DNA of 50,208 nucleotides from Candidatus Kappaea frigidicola (GCA_030765555.1 JAVCCI010000034.1:1-50208), one strand, 5' to 3'. Shown: positions 1 through 8,752, numbered from the stretch's first letter. Program-made: numbers and translations. Notes: generated by a model not told the origin, from the letters alone.

Positions 1-45
1 CCACACCCCGACTTACAAAACGTTCAAAAATTTCAAATATACAAT

Positions 46-103
46 GAAGATTAGCCATCCCGCATTTCGCTTACTCCTTAAAACTGCGGGATGGCTAATC
101 TTC
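46..103 (-). terminator. Perfect 19-bp hairpin overlapping the gpsA stop codon (putative terminator)
   Basis: Arms at 46-64 (gaagattagccatcccgca) and 85-103 (tgcgggatggctaatcttc) are exact reverse complements with a 20-nt loop. The downstream minus-strand sequence is moderately U-rich. Confidence 0.5.
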
Positions 104-1093
104 CATCTTCTTCTCTCTTAACATTAAATCACTTACTGCATTAAGAGGAGATTTATTTTTATAGAGAACTTTATAAATTTCTGTAGTAATCGGCATATTT
201 ATCTTATACTTTTTATTTAATTCATAAACGCTTTTTGTGGTTTTAACACCTTCAGCAACCATATCCATATGTTTTATAATATAATTTAGTTTCTTACCCT
301 CACCTATTTTTTGACCAACATAGTGATTGCGGCTATGACCACTCATGCAAGTAGTAACTAAATCACCCATACCACTTAAACCGTTAAAGGTTTCTTTCTT
401 AGCTCCAAGAGCAACCCCAAAACGAGCCATCTCAACTAAACCCCTGGTCACTATAGCTGCCTTGGCATTCATTCCAAAACCAAGACCATCAGAAATACCA
501 GCAGCAATAGCAATAATATTCTTTAATGATCCCCCTAATTCAACACCACAGAGATCGTTACTGGTATAAGCTCTTAACTTCTCGTTAGTAAATATTTTTT
601 GAAGAATTTTTGCCTGACTAATATTCTTTGAGGCAATAACACAAGTTGCCGGATATCCTCTAGCTACTTCATAAGCTATATTGGGGCCCGAAAGAATGCA
701 TAAATCAACTTTACCAAGCTCTTTATAGACTATTTCAGAGACTCTCTTATGAGACTTTTCTTCTATTCCTTTGGAAACACTCAAAAATATATGTTTCCTA
801 TAATCAGTTTTCTTTATTTTTAAAAGTATCTTTCTGATATAACATGAAGGAACTGCTAAAACAATAATCTCTGAGTTTTCGATAGCCTTTTTTATATCAG
901 ATGTAATTTCAACAGCCTTAGGTATTTTAATCCCAGGTAGAAACTTACTATTTTTTCTGCTTCGACTCAGCGCAGCAGCATATGTCTTAAAAGCAGACCA
1001 GAGTATTACATCATGGCCTTTTTTAGACAAATGAATAGCCAATGTTGTTCCCCAACCACCATCACCAATAATAGATATCTTTTTCATCATCAC
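95..1093 (-). CDS. gpsA: NAD(P)H-dependent glycerol-3-phosphate dehydrogenase
   Basis: 332-aa ORF with an N-terminal Rossmann GxGxxG (ISIIGDGGWGTT) and a GpsA-like pattern along its full length. It follows plsY in a lipid operon. The first ORF codon is GTG, followed by ATGs at 1090 and 1087, so the exact start is uncertain. Confidence 0.9.
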   Translation of the reverse strand: MMMKKISIIGDGGWGTTLAIHLSKKGHDVILWSAFKTYAAALSRSRKNSKFLPGIKIPKAVEITSDIKKAIENSEIIVLAVPSCYIRKILLKIKKTDYRKHIFLSVSKGIEEKSHKRVSEIVYKELGKVDLCILSGPNIAYEVARGYPATCVIASKNISQAKILQKIFTNEKLRAYTSNDLCGVELGGSLKNIIAIAAGISDGLGFGMNAKAAIVTRGLVEMARFGVALGAKKETFNGLSGMGDLVTTCMSGHSRNHYVGQKIGEGKKLNYIIKHMDMVAEGVKTTKSVYELNKKYKINMPITTEIYKVLYKNKSPLNAVSDLMLREKKMED

Positions 1094-1138
1094 GTCGTTA
1101 TTTTAACAGATATTTTCTTTTTTATCAATATAATTATA

Positions 1139-1765
1139 CTATAATTTGATCTTTCTTTCAGTATTAGTCAATAATTTATGCACATTCTGCCTGTGACTAT
1201 AAATCACTATAGAGGCAATTAAAATTCCAAAAATTAGCGCCTCTAAACTTTTTATAAAAATAATTAAACCAATGGGCAGAAAAAGAGCTGCTGCAATCGA
1301 ACCTAAAGATACGTATTTTGAAAAAAAGACAATAATAAACCAAATACAAAAAGCTAATAATAATATGAGGCTGAACTTTACATCGTAGACAGTGAGACCA
1401 ACTAAAACACCTAGAGCAGTTGAAACTCCCTTGCCTCCTTTAAATGATAAAAATATTGTCCATATATGAGCGCATATAACAGTTAAACCTATAACATAAA
1501 CATAGGTTAATTGATCAATGTTTGAATTGTATTGATAAAATAATCTTCCTATTAACGTAACAGCAATGAGGCCTTTTAAAAGATCCAAAATCAAAACACT
1601 CAAACCAGCCTTTTTACCCATAGTTCTTAAGGCATTAGTTGCTCCGATATTACCACTACCTTCTTTACGGATATCAATTTTGGCCCAATATTTAGCAATA
1701 AGATAGCCAAAAGGAATAGCTCCTAATAAATAGGCCAAGATAATACCCATTAGCAATAATATCAT
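1139..1765 (-). CDS. plsY: Glycerol-3-phosphate acyltransferase PlsY
   Basis: 208-aa multi-TM protein with the PlsY signature GSGNIGATNALR. Adjacent to gpsA and pgsA. Confidence 0.9.
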   Translation of the reverse strand: MILLLMGIILAYLLGAIPFGYLIAKYWAKIDIRKEGSGNIGATNALRTMGKKAGLSVLILDLLKGLIAVTLIGRLFYQYNSNIDQLTYVYVIGLTVICAHIWTIFLSFKGGKGVSTALGVLVGLTVYDVKFSLILLLAFCIWFIIVFFSKYVSLGSIAAALFLPIGLIIFIKSLEALIFGILIASIVIYSHRQNVHKLLTNTERKIKL

Positions 1766-2311
1766 TTAATTCTCCCTTATAAGCTTCTGGGTTTGCATTG
1801 CATAAATAATCGCTGAAACAACTGCAAATATAGCTGCTATCTGCCAAATTATAAAGCTATATTTAAAAACAAGTAAAATAGAGATCACCATTACCATTTC
1901 CAATGCTATGCCTATTTTACCAAAAATATTCGGCTTAACATAAAACCCCTTTGTCTTAATGCCTAGCCAGACAACAGCAATTATACACAATAGATCACGC
2001 AGAAGAATAACTATTGCCACCCAATAAGGTAAGTGAAGTGGTAAATTTTTTAGAAAAGCCAAAATAATTACTGCACTAATAATTAGAAATTTATCAGCAG
2101 CTATATCTAAAATGCGCCCTAAAGACGATTCCTGATGAAGTTTCCTAGCTAAATAACCATCTAAATAATCAGTTAAGGAAACAGTGATAAAAATACATAA
2201 AGCAATATACTTATAATGCCCCTCTCCTGTAGAAGCACTTAAGCACACCATATAAATAAAAACTGGCGTTAAAGCAATTCTGAATAAAGTTATTATATTG
2301 GGAATTGTCAT
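1766..2311 (-). CDS. pgsA: CDP-alcohol phosphatidyltransferase (PgsA-like)
   Basis: Carries the CDP-alcohol phosphatidyltransferase motif D-G-x2-A-R-x8-G-x3-D-x3-D (DYLDGYLARKLHQESSLGRILDIAADK). The ORF-track start at 2344 is a GTG inside a hairpin stem. The ATG at 2311 gives the canonical N-terminus MTIPNIITLFRI. Confidence 0.8.
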   Translation of the reverse strand: MTIPNIITLFRIALTPVFIYMVCLSASTGEGHYKYIALCIFITVSLTDYLDGYLARKLHQESSLGRILDIAADKFLIISAVIILAFLKNLPLHLPYWVAIVILLRDLLCIIAVVWLGIKTKGFYVKPNIFGKIGIALEMVMVISILLVFKYSFIIWQIAAIFAVVSAIIYAMQTQKLIREN

Positions 2312-2317
2312 AATAGT

Positions 2318-2350
2318 AAAAAGGGTACAACTATTATATTGCACCCTTTT
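2318..2350 (-). terminator. Hairpin plus U-tract after the minor-pilin/lipoprotein operon
   Basis: Minus-strand RNA reads AAAAGGGUGCAA-UAUAAUAG-UUGUACCCUUUUU. The stem has one G-U pair. It ends 6 nt before the pgsA ATG. Confidence 0.5.
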
Positions 2351-2372
2351 ATTGATTTAATGTTATCTTTTT

Positions 2373-2672
2373 TTATTGTTTCCACTGAAGCTCTGTGCCG
2401 TCATAAGGGCAAAACTCTACATCCGACGGAAATGTTTTACCACATGTAGGACAGAATTTTTTATCCATTTGCTCCCCAACTAAAGCACCCGTAAGACCAC
2501 CGGCAGCAGCACCAATAGCGGCACCCTCAACTGCATGACCTGACTGATGTCCAATTATCGCACCTAGACCAGCACCGCCTAGGACACCAACTCCAGCACC
2601 CTTTTGAGTTGTCGTGCATCCATAAAGCCCTACCATACTAATAAGTAAAATAAGTATAAATAATTTTTTCAT
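2373..2672 (-). CDS. Lipoprotein with glycine-zipper segment and C-terminal zinc-ribbon-like motif
   Basis: Signal peptide plus lipobox-like LYGC. Gly/Ala zipper GAGVGVLGGAGLGAIIG...GAAIGAAAGGLTGALVG. C-terminal CPTCG-x10-FCPYDGTEL. Last gene of the minor-pilin operon. Confidence 0.6.
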   Translation of the reverse strand: MKKLFILILLISMVGLYGCTTTQKGAGVGVLGGAGLGAIIGHQSGHAVEGAAIGAAAGGLTGALVGEQMDKKFCPTCGKTFPSDVEFCPYDGTELQWKQ

Positions 2673-2742
2673 AATGTGTATTCACTCCTTTCTATGAACG
2701 AACAAATTATAACATTTTTAATTTATATATGCAATAAAATTA

Positions 2743-3234
2743 CTAATAATCTATGGTTAAAATTTTAGCTGATTTATAACGAATAAAAACCAATCTTTCT
2801 TCCTCACCTACAGTTTCAACTTTTACCTGGCTATATTGCCTTCTTTTTATTTGAGCTGTAATATCAGGTTTAGTTACCCCTGTTTGAGCTTCTGAAACCA
2901 CAGAATATATATCAGGTTGAACTGGTTCATACACTTTAATATTTACAGCAATCCCATTAACAGTAATTGAATCGCTCCAATAGTAAGTACCTGTATCGCC
3001 ATCATATATAAGGTCAACATCTTTAAGTTCATCATCTTTCTCTTTAATTAGATATATTGCCCGCTGAATACCAGATTCTGCATAATAAATACCCTTGGTA
3101 TATTTAATCTGACGACCGTAAAAAGTTGCCATGTCACCAATATATTTACCCATCGCAAAAGTTGCAAATGCCACAGTTCCTGCTAAAATTACCATCATAG
3201 AAATTAGGATTTGACCTTTTCTTAATTTTTTCAT
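2743..3234 (-). CDS. PilX-like pilus assembly protein (PilX_N-type N-terminus)
   Basis: 163 aa with an N-terminal hydrophobic helix (GQILISMMVILAGTVAFATFA) followed by YYAESGIQRA, which resembles the PilX_N AE-x-G motif. Located directly after two prepilin-like genes. Confidence 0.5.
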   Translation of the reverse strand: MKKLRKGQILISMMVILAGTVAFATFAMGKYIGDMATFYGRQIKYTKGIYYAESGIQRAIYLIKEKDDELKDVDLIYDGDTGTYYWSDSITVNGIAVNIKVYEPVQPDIYSVVSEAQTGVTKPDITAQIKRRQYSQVKVETVGEEERLVFIRYKSAKILTIDY

Positions 3235-3237
3235 ATA

Positions 3238-4482
3238 TTAATCTGATAATCCTACTGGTTTTACAGTTACTACAAAGTCTTGATGATCTTCGTCGCCACC
3301 ATCATAAAGGTCTTCCCAGCCAATAACCAAAGTTCCCAGCGCGTCAGAAACATATTCCCAGGCATGATCAAAACCTTCCTCATAATAATCTGACTTTTTA
3401 TCTTTAGCTTCAGGATTTTCTGCCGTCTCACTGTAATAAGTATAACCCGAAGCACCAACATACATATAAAAACCAAAATCCTCACTGGCGGGGGCATCAA
3501 AACTACCAGTCCATTCATCTGCTTCTACAACCTCTGTTAAAACCTTATCTCCCTCACTGTCATATGTATAAATACCAAAAGCTATAGTAGGCGCATAGCC
3601 TCCTATCTTAGCGGCAATGGTAACATCAAAACTATAACCACTCTTAGCTTGATGCAGTTCAATAGGAGTCTGTTCTGGAGGTATAATAGCCACTGAATCA
3701 TTTGTCATAATTATAACTACACCATCAATTACCTGCCGGCCGTCTATTTCAGTTAAAACGCCATCAGCAAATATCAGATTCAAATTATCGCCATCATCAA
3801 CACTCAAATAATCCATAACATCTGCAGATAATACACCTGTTTCTTCTAAAGTCATAGTCCAATCATAACCTTCATCAATGCAATGTAGAGTTCCGTCCTC
3901 TTCATTATATTCCCAGTTATGATCACCATCAAACCAATCGTATTCCATTACATAAATTCTATCACGACAAGCTGCTTGTGTAGAAAAAGTTACATCTTTA
4001 TTAATACTCACATCTTTACTGGTCAAATCAATATCTACTAAAGTAAGACCTTCAGTCTCTGCGCCTTTACCATCAGAAAAAAATAAATCAGATATATTAC
4101 GAGCTACAACTTGATAATTAGAAACAGTATACGGTGGAGGATAATATCTTAAATCAGTTCCATTTAACTCATAGCGTAAGCGCTCAACTTCGCCACCACT
4201 AGTATCTAAATGTACTAACTCAATCTCTGATGATACCCCTGCACTAAAATTGATTAAATCAACACTATCCGCATTTTTTATAGAACGTGATAAATATTTT
4301 AAAGCAAAGTACGCTTCATTATGTATCTTCCAACGATCAACTGCCCGCTTCATAATTGATTGATTATTGATAAATAAATTACAAATGGCAACTACGATAA
4401 AAGAAATTAAAGCTAAGGTAATTACAACTTCAATAATAGTAAATGAATTAATTAAACAATTTTTTTTCATATGCCATTTCAT
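3238..4482 (-). CDS. Minor pilin/pseudopilin with acidic C-terminal DUF4114-like domain
   Basis: Prepilin-type N-terminus LINS|FTIIEVVITLALISFIV with Glu at +5. The C-terminus FGFYMYV...DHAWEYV...LVIGWEDLYDGGDEDHQDFVVTV matches the DUF4114 pattern. ATGA start/stop overlap with the upstream gene suggests translational coupling. Confidence 0.65.
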   Translation of the reverse strand: MKWHMKKNCLINSFTIIEVVITLALISFIVVAICNLFINNQSIMKRAVDRWKIHNEAYFALKYLSRSIKNADSVDLINFSAGVSSEIELVHLDTSGGEVERLRYELNGTDLRYYPPPYTVSNYQVVARNISDLFFSDGKGAETEGLTLVDIDLTSKDVSINKDVTFSTQAACRDRIYVMEYDWFDGDHNWEYNEEDGTLHCIDEGYDWTMTLEETGVLSADVMDYLSVDDGDNLNLIFADGVLTEIDGRQVIDGVVIIMTNDSVAIIPPEQTPIELHQAKSGYSFDVTIAAKIGGYAPTIAFGIYTYDSEGDKVLTEVVEADEWTGSFDAPASEDFGFYMYVGASGYTYYSETAENPEAKDKKSDYYEEGFDHAWEYVSDALGTLVIGWEDLYDGGDEDHQDFVVTVKPVGLSD

Positions 4483-4967
4483 AACACGGTGACCCTGTCA
4501 GCAACATATACTATATATTCATCAGAATATACTATAGGATTACCCGTTTCAGAATCTAAAAAATAATAATCATTCCAAGTTATTTTCACTGTAATTTGCT
4601 TATAATCTACAGTTTCAGTTCCCCAAGTATGCTCATCAACTCTATATTCCCTCTGACCGTTAACTTTATTCAAAAAATCACTTTCAACAGGCAATGCATC
4701 TTCATAAGCAATATAACCATCAGTTGCGCTAAGACTATCATAACCCCTATTAGCCAATTCTTCTAAAACTTCTTTAGCAAAATTCATTGCCATTATACGA
4801 AAGCTAACTTTATTGATAACCCTATGCACATTTACAACGGCAGTTATACTACCAACACTAACTAGAATAACTAAAGCAGCACAAACAAAAACCTCCACCA
4901 GGCTGAAAGCCCTCTGCGAGGTCTTTTTTAAGGGTTTTAAATTAAAATACATAAATCCTTTTAACAT
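4479..4967 (-). CDS. Minor pilin/pseudopilin (prepilin-type N-terminal domain)
   Basis: QRA|FSLVEVFVCAALVILV with Glu at +5 and a hydrophobic helix. First gene after the predicted promoter at 4995-5023. The leader is long if M1 is used; M6 is an alternative start. Confidence 0.6.
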   Translation of the reverse strand: MLKGFMYFNLKPLKKTSQRAFSLVEVFVCAALVILVSVGSITAVVNVHRVINKVSFRIMAMNFAKEVLEELANRGYDSLSATDGYIAYEDALPVESDFLNKVNGQREYRVDEHTWGTETVDYKQITVKITWNDYYFLDSETGNPIVYSDEYIVYVADRVTVL

Positions 4968-4994
4968 AATTTCACTTCTTTTTATTCCCTATCA

Positions 4995-5023
4995 AATGTA
5001 GCATATTTGAGCTAAAAAGTCAA
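4995..5023 (-). promoter_or_regulatory. Sigma70-like promoter of the minor-pilin operon
   Basis: TTGACT, 17 nt, TACATT, with TGC giving an extended -10. Lies 28 nt upstream of the ATG at 4967. Confidence 0.55.
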
Positions 5024-5046
5024 AATATCTCACTATAAATAATCTG

Positions 5047-6036
5047 TTATATTCTCAGCTTGGCTCTCTTATCATTATCAATTGCATCAACCAGCAGCTC
5101 CTTACTGTTCGTGTTTTTGCGTTTAATATATTCTACAATAATTGCACCCTTAGCCTTAGTAAACGATGCTACAATTGAAGCTGCTAACATTATATCCCTT
5201 TTATTAGATGGACCACACAAAATGCCACTGGGACCAACAATATTCTTACATTTTAGCAGTACTTGTGGGGCCTGCCATAAAGCCTCAAGTCTTTTATTAT
5301 CATCTTCACTTCTACCGACAATCAATTTTAATCTTTCATTTAAGCGAAAATGCCTTCCTACTTTTAAAAAAGAAACATTTTTATCATTCAAACTTTTATG
5401 ATCAATTAAATCTTTAACTTTTTTGCAAAATTGTCTTTCAGTCAATAAGCACCCTCCTCCAGGAGTTGGGTAATTATTAATTCCATAGATACTAGCTAGC
5501 TTAAACTGCTCTTTTCTCGAACGACCTTGTATTGACATCATTTTTTCCCGATCAATTATTCCGTCCTTTTCTACTTTTGTTTCATCAAGGCATTTTGCTG
5601 ATAACGGCCTTAATACTCTTTCTGACAAATGAGCTTTTTCATCCATTATATGTAATATATTTTTTCTCTGTGACATGGGCCGCTCTCCCAAAACATCACC
5701 TGTAATAATAACCTCAGCGCCCTCTTCTTTCATAACTTTTTTGGCAATTTTCAACATAAACAAATGGCAATCTATACAAGGGTTAAAATTCTTACCATAA
5801 CCAAATTCGGGCTTTCTAATAATATTATAATATTTTTTTGAATTGCAGAGATCAATTATGCGACACCTAATTTTGAATTTTTTACAAATCTCTTTAGTAG
5901 TTTCCAGAGAACTGTCTGAGGATAAAAAAGGAAGTTTAAAGGTGAGTCCTATTACTTCAAGGCCCTGCTCAAGAATTAGCTTGGTAGCCAGGATACTATC
6001 TAATCCACCACTTATTAATGAAATTGCTTTAGCCAA
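5047..6036 (-). CDS. PP-loop ATP pyrophosphatase, ThiI/MnmA-like (probable tRNA thiolation enzyme lacking THUMP)
   Basis: N-terminal PP-loop SLISGGLDS. NPCIDCH and ITGDVLGERPMSQ resemble the ThiI/MnmA adenylation domain. Confidence 0.6.
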   Translation of the reverse strand: MAKAISLISGGLDSILATKLILEQGLEVIGLTFKLPFLSSDSSLETTKEICKKFKIRCRIIDLCNSKKYYNIIRKPEFGYGKNFNPCIDCHLFMLKIAKKVMKEEGAEVIITGDVLGERPMSQRKNILHIMDEKAHLSERVLRPLSAKCLDETKVEKDGIIDREKMMSIQGRSRKEQFKLASIYGINNYPTPGGGCLLTERQFCKKVKDLIDHKSLNDKNVSFLKVGRHFRLNERLKLIVGRSEDDNKRLEALWQAPQVLLKCKNIVGPSGILCGPSNKRDIMLAASIVASFTKAKGAIIVEYIKRKNTNSKELLVDAIDNDKRAKLRI

Positions 6037-6539
6037 GAGAATCCCTCTGTACCAATCAAATAAATACTTATTGTAATTAATGAAGAAATAATGACACCTA
6101 TAAATATGCTCAAAAAAGCATACTTGGTCTTTAATTTAAAAAGAACTGCCGCTAGAGCCCCTGTCCAGGCACCAGTAATCGGAAGCGGTACGGCTACAAA
6201 CAAAATAAGACCCAAAGACTCATAGCGCTCAACCAGTGCGGCCTTCTTTTTTGTGCGTTCAAAAAGGTTGTCAAAAAATGACCTCCAAAGCCTAAAATGT
6301 CTTAGTTTATCGCAAATCGGTTCAACAAATAGCAATATAGGAATAATTGGCACCATATTAGCCAAAATACATATAAGGAAGGCTTTCTGAAGCCCAATAT
6401 CCATCTGCACGTGCGCTATCAAAATAGCATATCTCGCCTCCACGATAGGTAGCATAGCTAATATAGCCGTAATCAATTCTTTAGAGCCAAGATTACTGGT
6501 TAAATAATTATAAATATATTCAATAATTACTTGTGTCAT
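6015..6539 (-). CDS. Small multidrug-export-like membrane protein (COG2426 family)
   Basis: Four to five TM segments. LPIVEARYAILIA and PLPITGAWTGALAA are typical of this family. The ORF-track start at 6566 is a TTG overlapping pcm, so the ATG at 6539 is preferred. Confidence 0.55.
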   Translation of the reverse strand: MTQVIIEYIYNYLTSNLGSKELITAILAMLPIVEARYAILIAHVQMDIGLQKAFLICILANMVPIIPILLFVEPICDKLRHFRLWRSFFDNLFERTKKKAALVERYESLGLILFVAVPLPITGAWTGALAAVLFKLKTKYAFLSIFIGVIISSLITISIYLIGTEGFSWLKQFH

Positions 6540-6546
6540 AAAAAAC

Positions 6547-7185
6547 TTACCATCCCCATTTCCCAACTAACGGTACAAAAGTACAACTATCATAGTAATC
6601 TTCAATAATTTGCTTACCCTTCTTTTCAAGTCTTAACAAACGTTGCATATGTATTTGCCCAACAGGAATTACCAACCTGCCTCCATCTGATAATTGCTTA
6701 ATAAGTTCTTGAGGCACAGTGGGAGCCGCAGCAGTAACTATAATGGCATCATAGGGCGCATATTCATCCAAACCACAGCTACCATCCCCACAGACCAATT
6801 CAACATTGTTTATATTAACCTTCTCAAGATTAACTTTAGCTTGTTCACGCAATTCTTCAAAGCGTTCCACTGAATAAACTTTGTTAACAATTTTTGATAA
6901 AATTGCAGACTGATACCCGCTTCCCGTGCCAATCTCGAGGACTTTATCATCTTTTTTTAAACATAAAAGCTGTGTCATTAGAGCCACTATATAAGGTTGT
7001 GAAATAGTTTGATCCTTACAAATAGGCAATGGACTATCATTATAAGAAATGTCTTTGAAGTCCAAGGAAACAAACTCTTCTCTGGGAATATCCCTAATGG
7101 CACTTATAACCACTTTATCAGAGATTCCCCTAGCAATGAGTTGCTCATTAATCATAATGTTTCGTAATTGAGAAAAATTTATCAT
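6547..7185 (-). CDS. pcm: Protein-L-isoaspartate O-methyltransferase
   Basis: TISQPYIVALM and the SAM-binding VLEIGTGSGYQSA motifs. 212 aa. Confidence 0.9.
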   Translation of the reverse strand: MINFSQLRNIMINEQLIARGISDKVVISAIRDIPREEFVSLDFKDISYNDSPLPICKDQTISQPYIVALMTQLLCLKKDDKVLEIGTGSGYQSAILSKIVNKVYSVERFEELREQAKVNLEKVNINNVELVCGDGSCGLDEYAPYDAIIVTAAAPTVPQELIKQLSDGGRLVIPVGQIHMQRLLRLEKKGKQIIEDYYDSCTFVPLVGKWGW

Positions 7186-7847
7186 TTATGTAAATAAATA
7201 TTGAAAAGTAGCTTTGTAAACCTAAATGTATCAACAAAGGGATTAATGTAACTTTTTTCTTCACGATATACAGTAGAGATAGGAACAAAATCGATCTTAT
7301 ATCCTTTACGAGAGGCCTTAATAAGTATTTCGGATTCTATTTCATAATTAGAGGACTTTAAATCAATATCATCAAAAACAGTCTTTTTTATCAATCTAAA
7401 CCCACACTGAGAATCAGGAATGCACTGATGGCAAATTTTAGAAATAATTCCTGACATGCATTTGTTTGTAGCTTTACGCAAAAAAGGCATCTGTTCTGTA
7501 TCGGCCATTCTATTACCAACAATAACTGGTGCCTTAGTCTGATTATATCTATTTATAAAATTATTAATTTCTTCGGATTCATGCTGACCATCTGAATCCA
7601 TTATAATAACAAATTCATAATCTAAATTAGTGAGATACTCAATTCCAGTCCTAATTGCTGCTCCCTTACCCTTATTTGAAGCATGTCTAAGCAGCTTAAC
7701 CTTGGTTTTTAAAGCTATTTCAGCTGAAGCATCAGAAGAACCATCATCAACAACTACAACCTCTATATCTAATTTAATAATCTTATCAATAAGCACTTTT
7801 AAGTAGTCTGCGCTATTGTATACTGGCATCAAAACAACATTTTTCAT
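7182..7847 (-). CDS. Family 2 glycosyltransferase (polyprenol-phosphate sugar transferase-like)
   Basis: MPVYNSADYL...VVVDDGSSD...MDSDGQH (DxD) is the classic GT2 fold pattern. 221 aa. Confidence 0.8.
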   Translation of the reverse strand: MKNVVLMPVYNSADYLKVLIDKIIKLDIEVVVVDDGSSDASAEIALKTKVKLLRHASNKGKGAAIRTGIEYLTNLDYEFVIIMDSDGQHESEEINNFINRYNQTKAPVIVGNRMADTEQMPFLRKATNKCMSGIISKICHQCIPDSQCGFRLIKKTVFDDIDLKSSNYEIESEILIKASRKGYKIDFVPISTVYREEKSYINPFVDTFRFTKLLFNIYLHK

Positions 7848-8717
7848 TTAACTATCCCAAACTTCGTGATACATAAGCCACTGCGTTCTATAACGACCAA
7901 CATAATCCTCTATTACCGCTAGCCCTTTCTCCAATAATCTTCTTATTTCAGCATCTTGATCATTAGATATATCTGGCATAATGGGCTTATCAAGACAAAA
8001 AATAAATGTATTGTCTGGCTGCCTTACCAAAAAAGTAGGTACAATTGGAGCATTCATGCGATAACTAAAATATGCAGCACCCCGAGGCATTTCTGCAATC
8101 TTTCCAAAGAATCTTGCTTTCTCTCCACTCCTTGAAAAATTATTATCACCTACTGTTGCTAATATATGATTATTCTTTAATGCAGTAAAACACTTTTTAA
8201 TTCCCATACCAGTGTTAATATTATCAACACCCTTTGCGGCTCTCTTTTTATCAAAGAAATTATTAACTGCCTTAGCTTTATGTTTTAAGCGAATAGCGTC
8301 TAATTTATAACCAAGGGCCGGCAAAATAGCTGCTCCCAACTCCCAGTTGCCTAAGTGCGCACTCAAAGACACAACTCCTCTGCCCAACTTTAGACAATTA
8401 TCAATGTGCTCAAGACCTATTATTTTTACATTTTTTTTAATAAATTCTTCATCTATATTCGTAAATCTAAAAAATTCAACAAGGTATTTACCAAAACTCA
8501 TATATACTTCACGTGTTAACTCAGAAATCTTCCGCTGATCAAAAGTTTCTCTTTTTGATTGCAGAACAGTCCTTAAATTTTCTGCAACAATTTTCTTCCC
8601 TTTCAGAGAAGAATAATATCGCACTAATGCAACCTGCCTGGAAAAGCTATAAGCTTTATCAAGAGGTAACGATCTGGCAATATATTGACCTAAGCGATAA
8701 AAGGAATCTGATATCAT
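7848..8717 (-). CDS. Lysophospholipid/lipid A-type acyltransferase (LpxL/HtrB family)
   Basis: 289 aa with an HLGNWE catalytic-type motif (SAHLGNWELGA), typical of lauroyl/myristoyl acyltransferases. Confidence 0.75.
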   Translation of the reverse strand: MISDSFYRLGQYIARSLPLDKAYSFSRQVALVRYYSSLKGKKIVAENLRTVLQSKRETFDQRKISELTREVYMSFGKYLVEFFRFTNIDEEFIKKNVKIIGLEHIDNCLKLGRGVVSLSAHLGNWELGAAILPALGYKLDAIRLKHKAKAVNNFFDKKRAAKGVDNINTGMGIKKCFTALKNNHILATVGDNNFSRSGEKARFFGKIAEMPRGAAYFSYRMNAPIVPTFLVRQPDNTFIFCLDKPIMPDISNDQDAEIRRLLEKGLAVIEDYVGRYRTQWLMYHEVWDS

Positions 8718-8752
8718 TTTTTTTCTAGATTTTTTTTATTTTATCATATATG

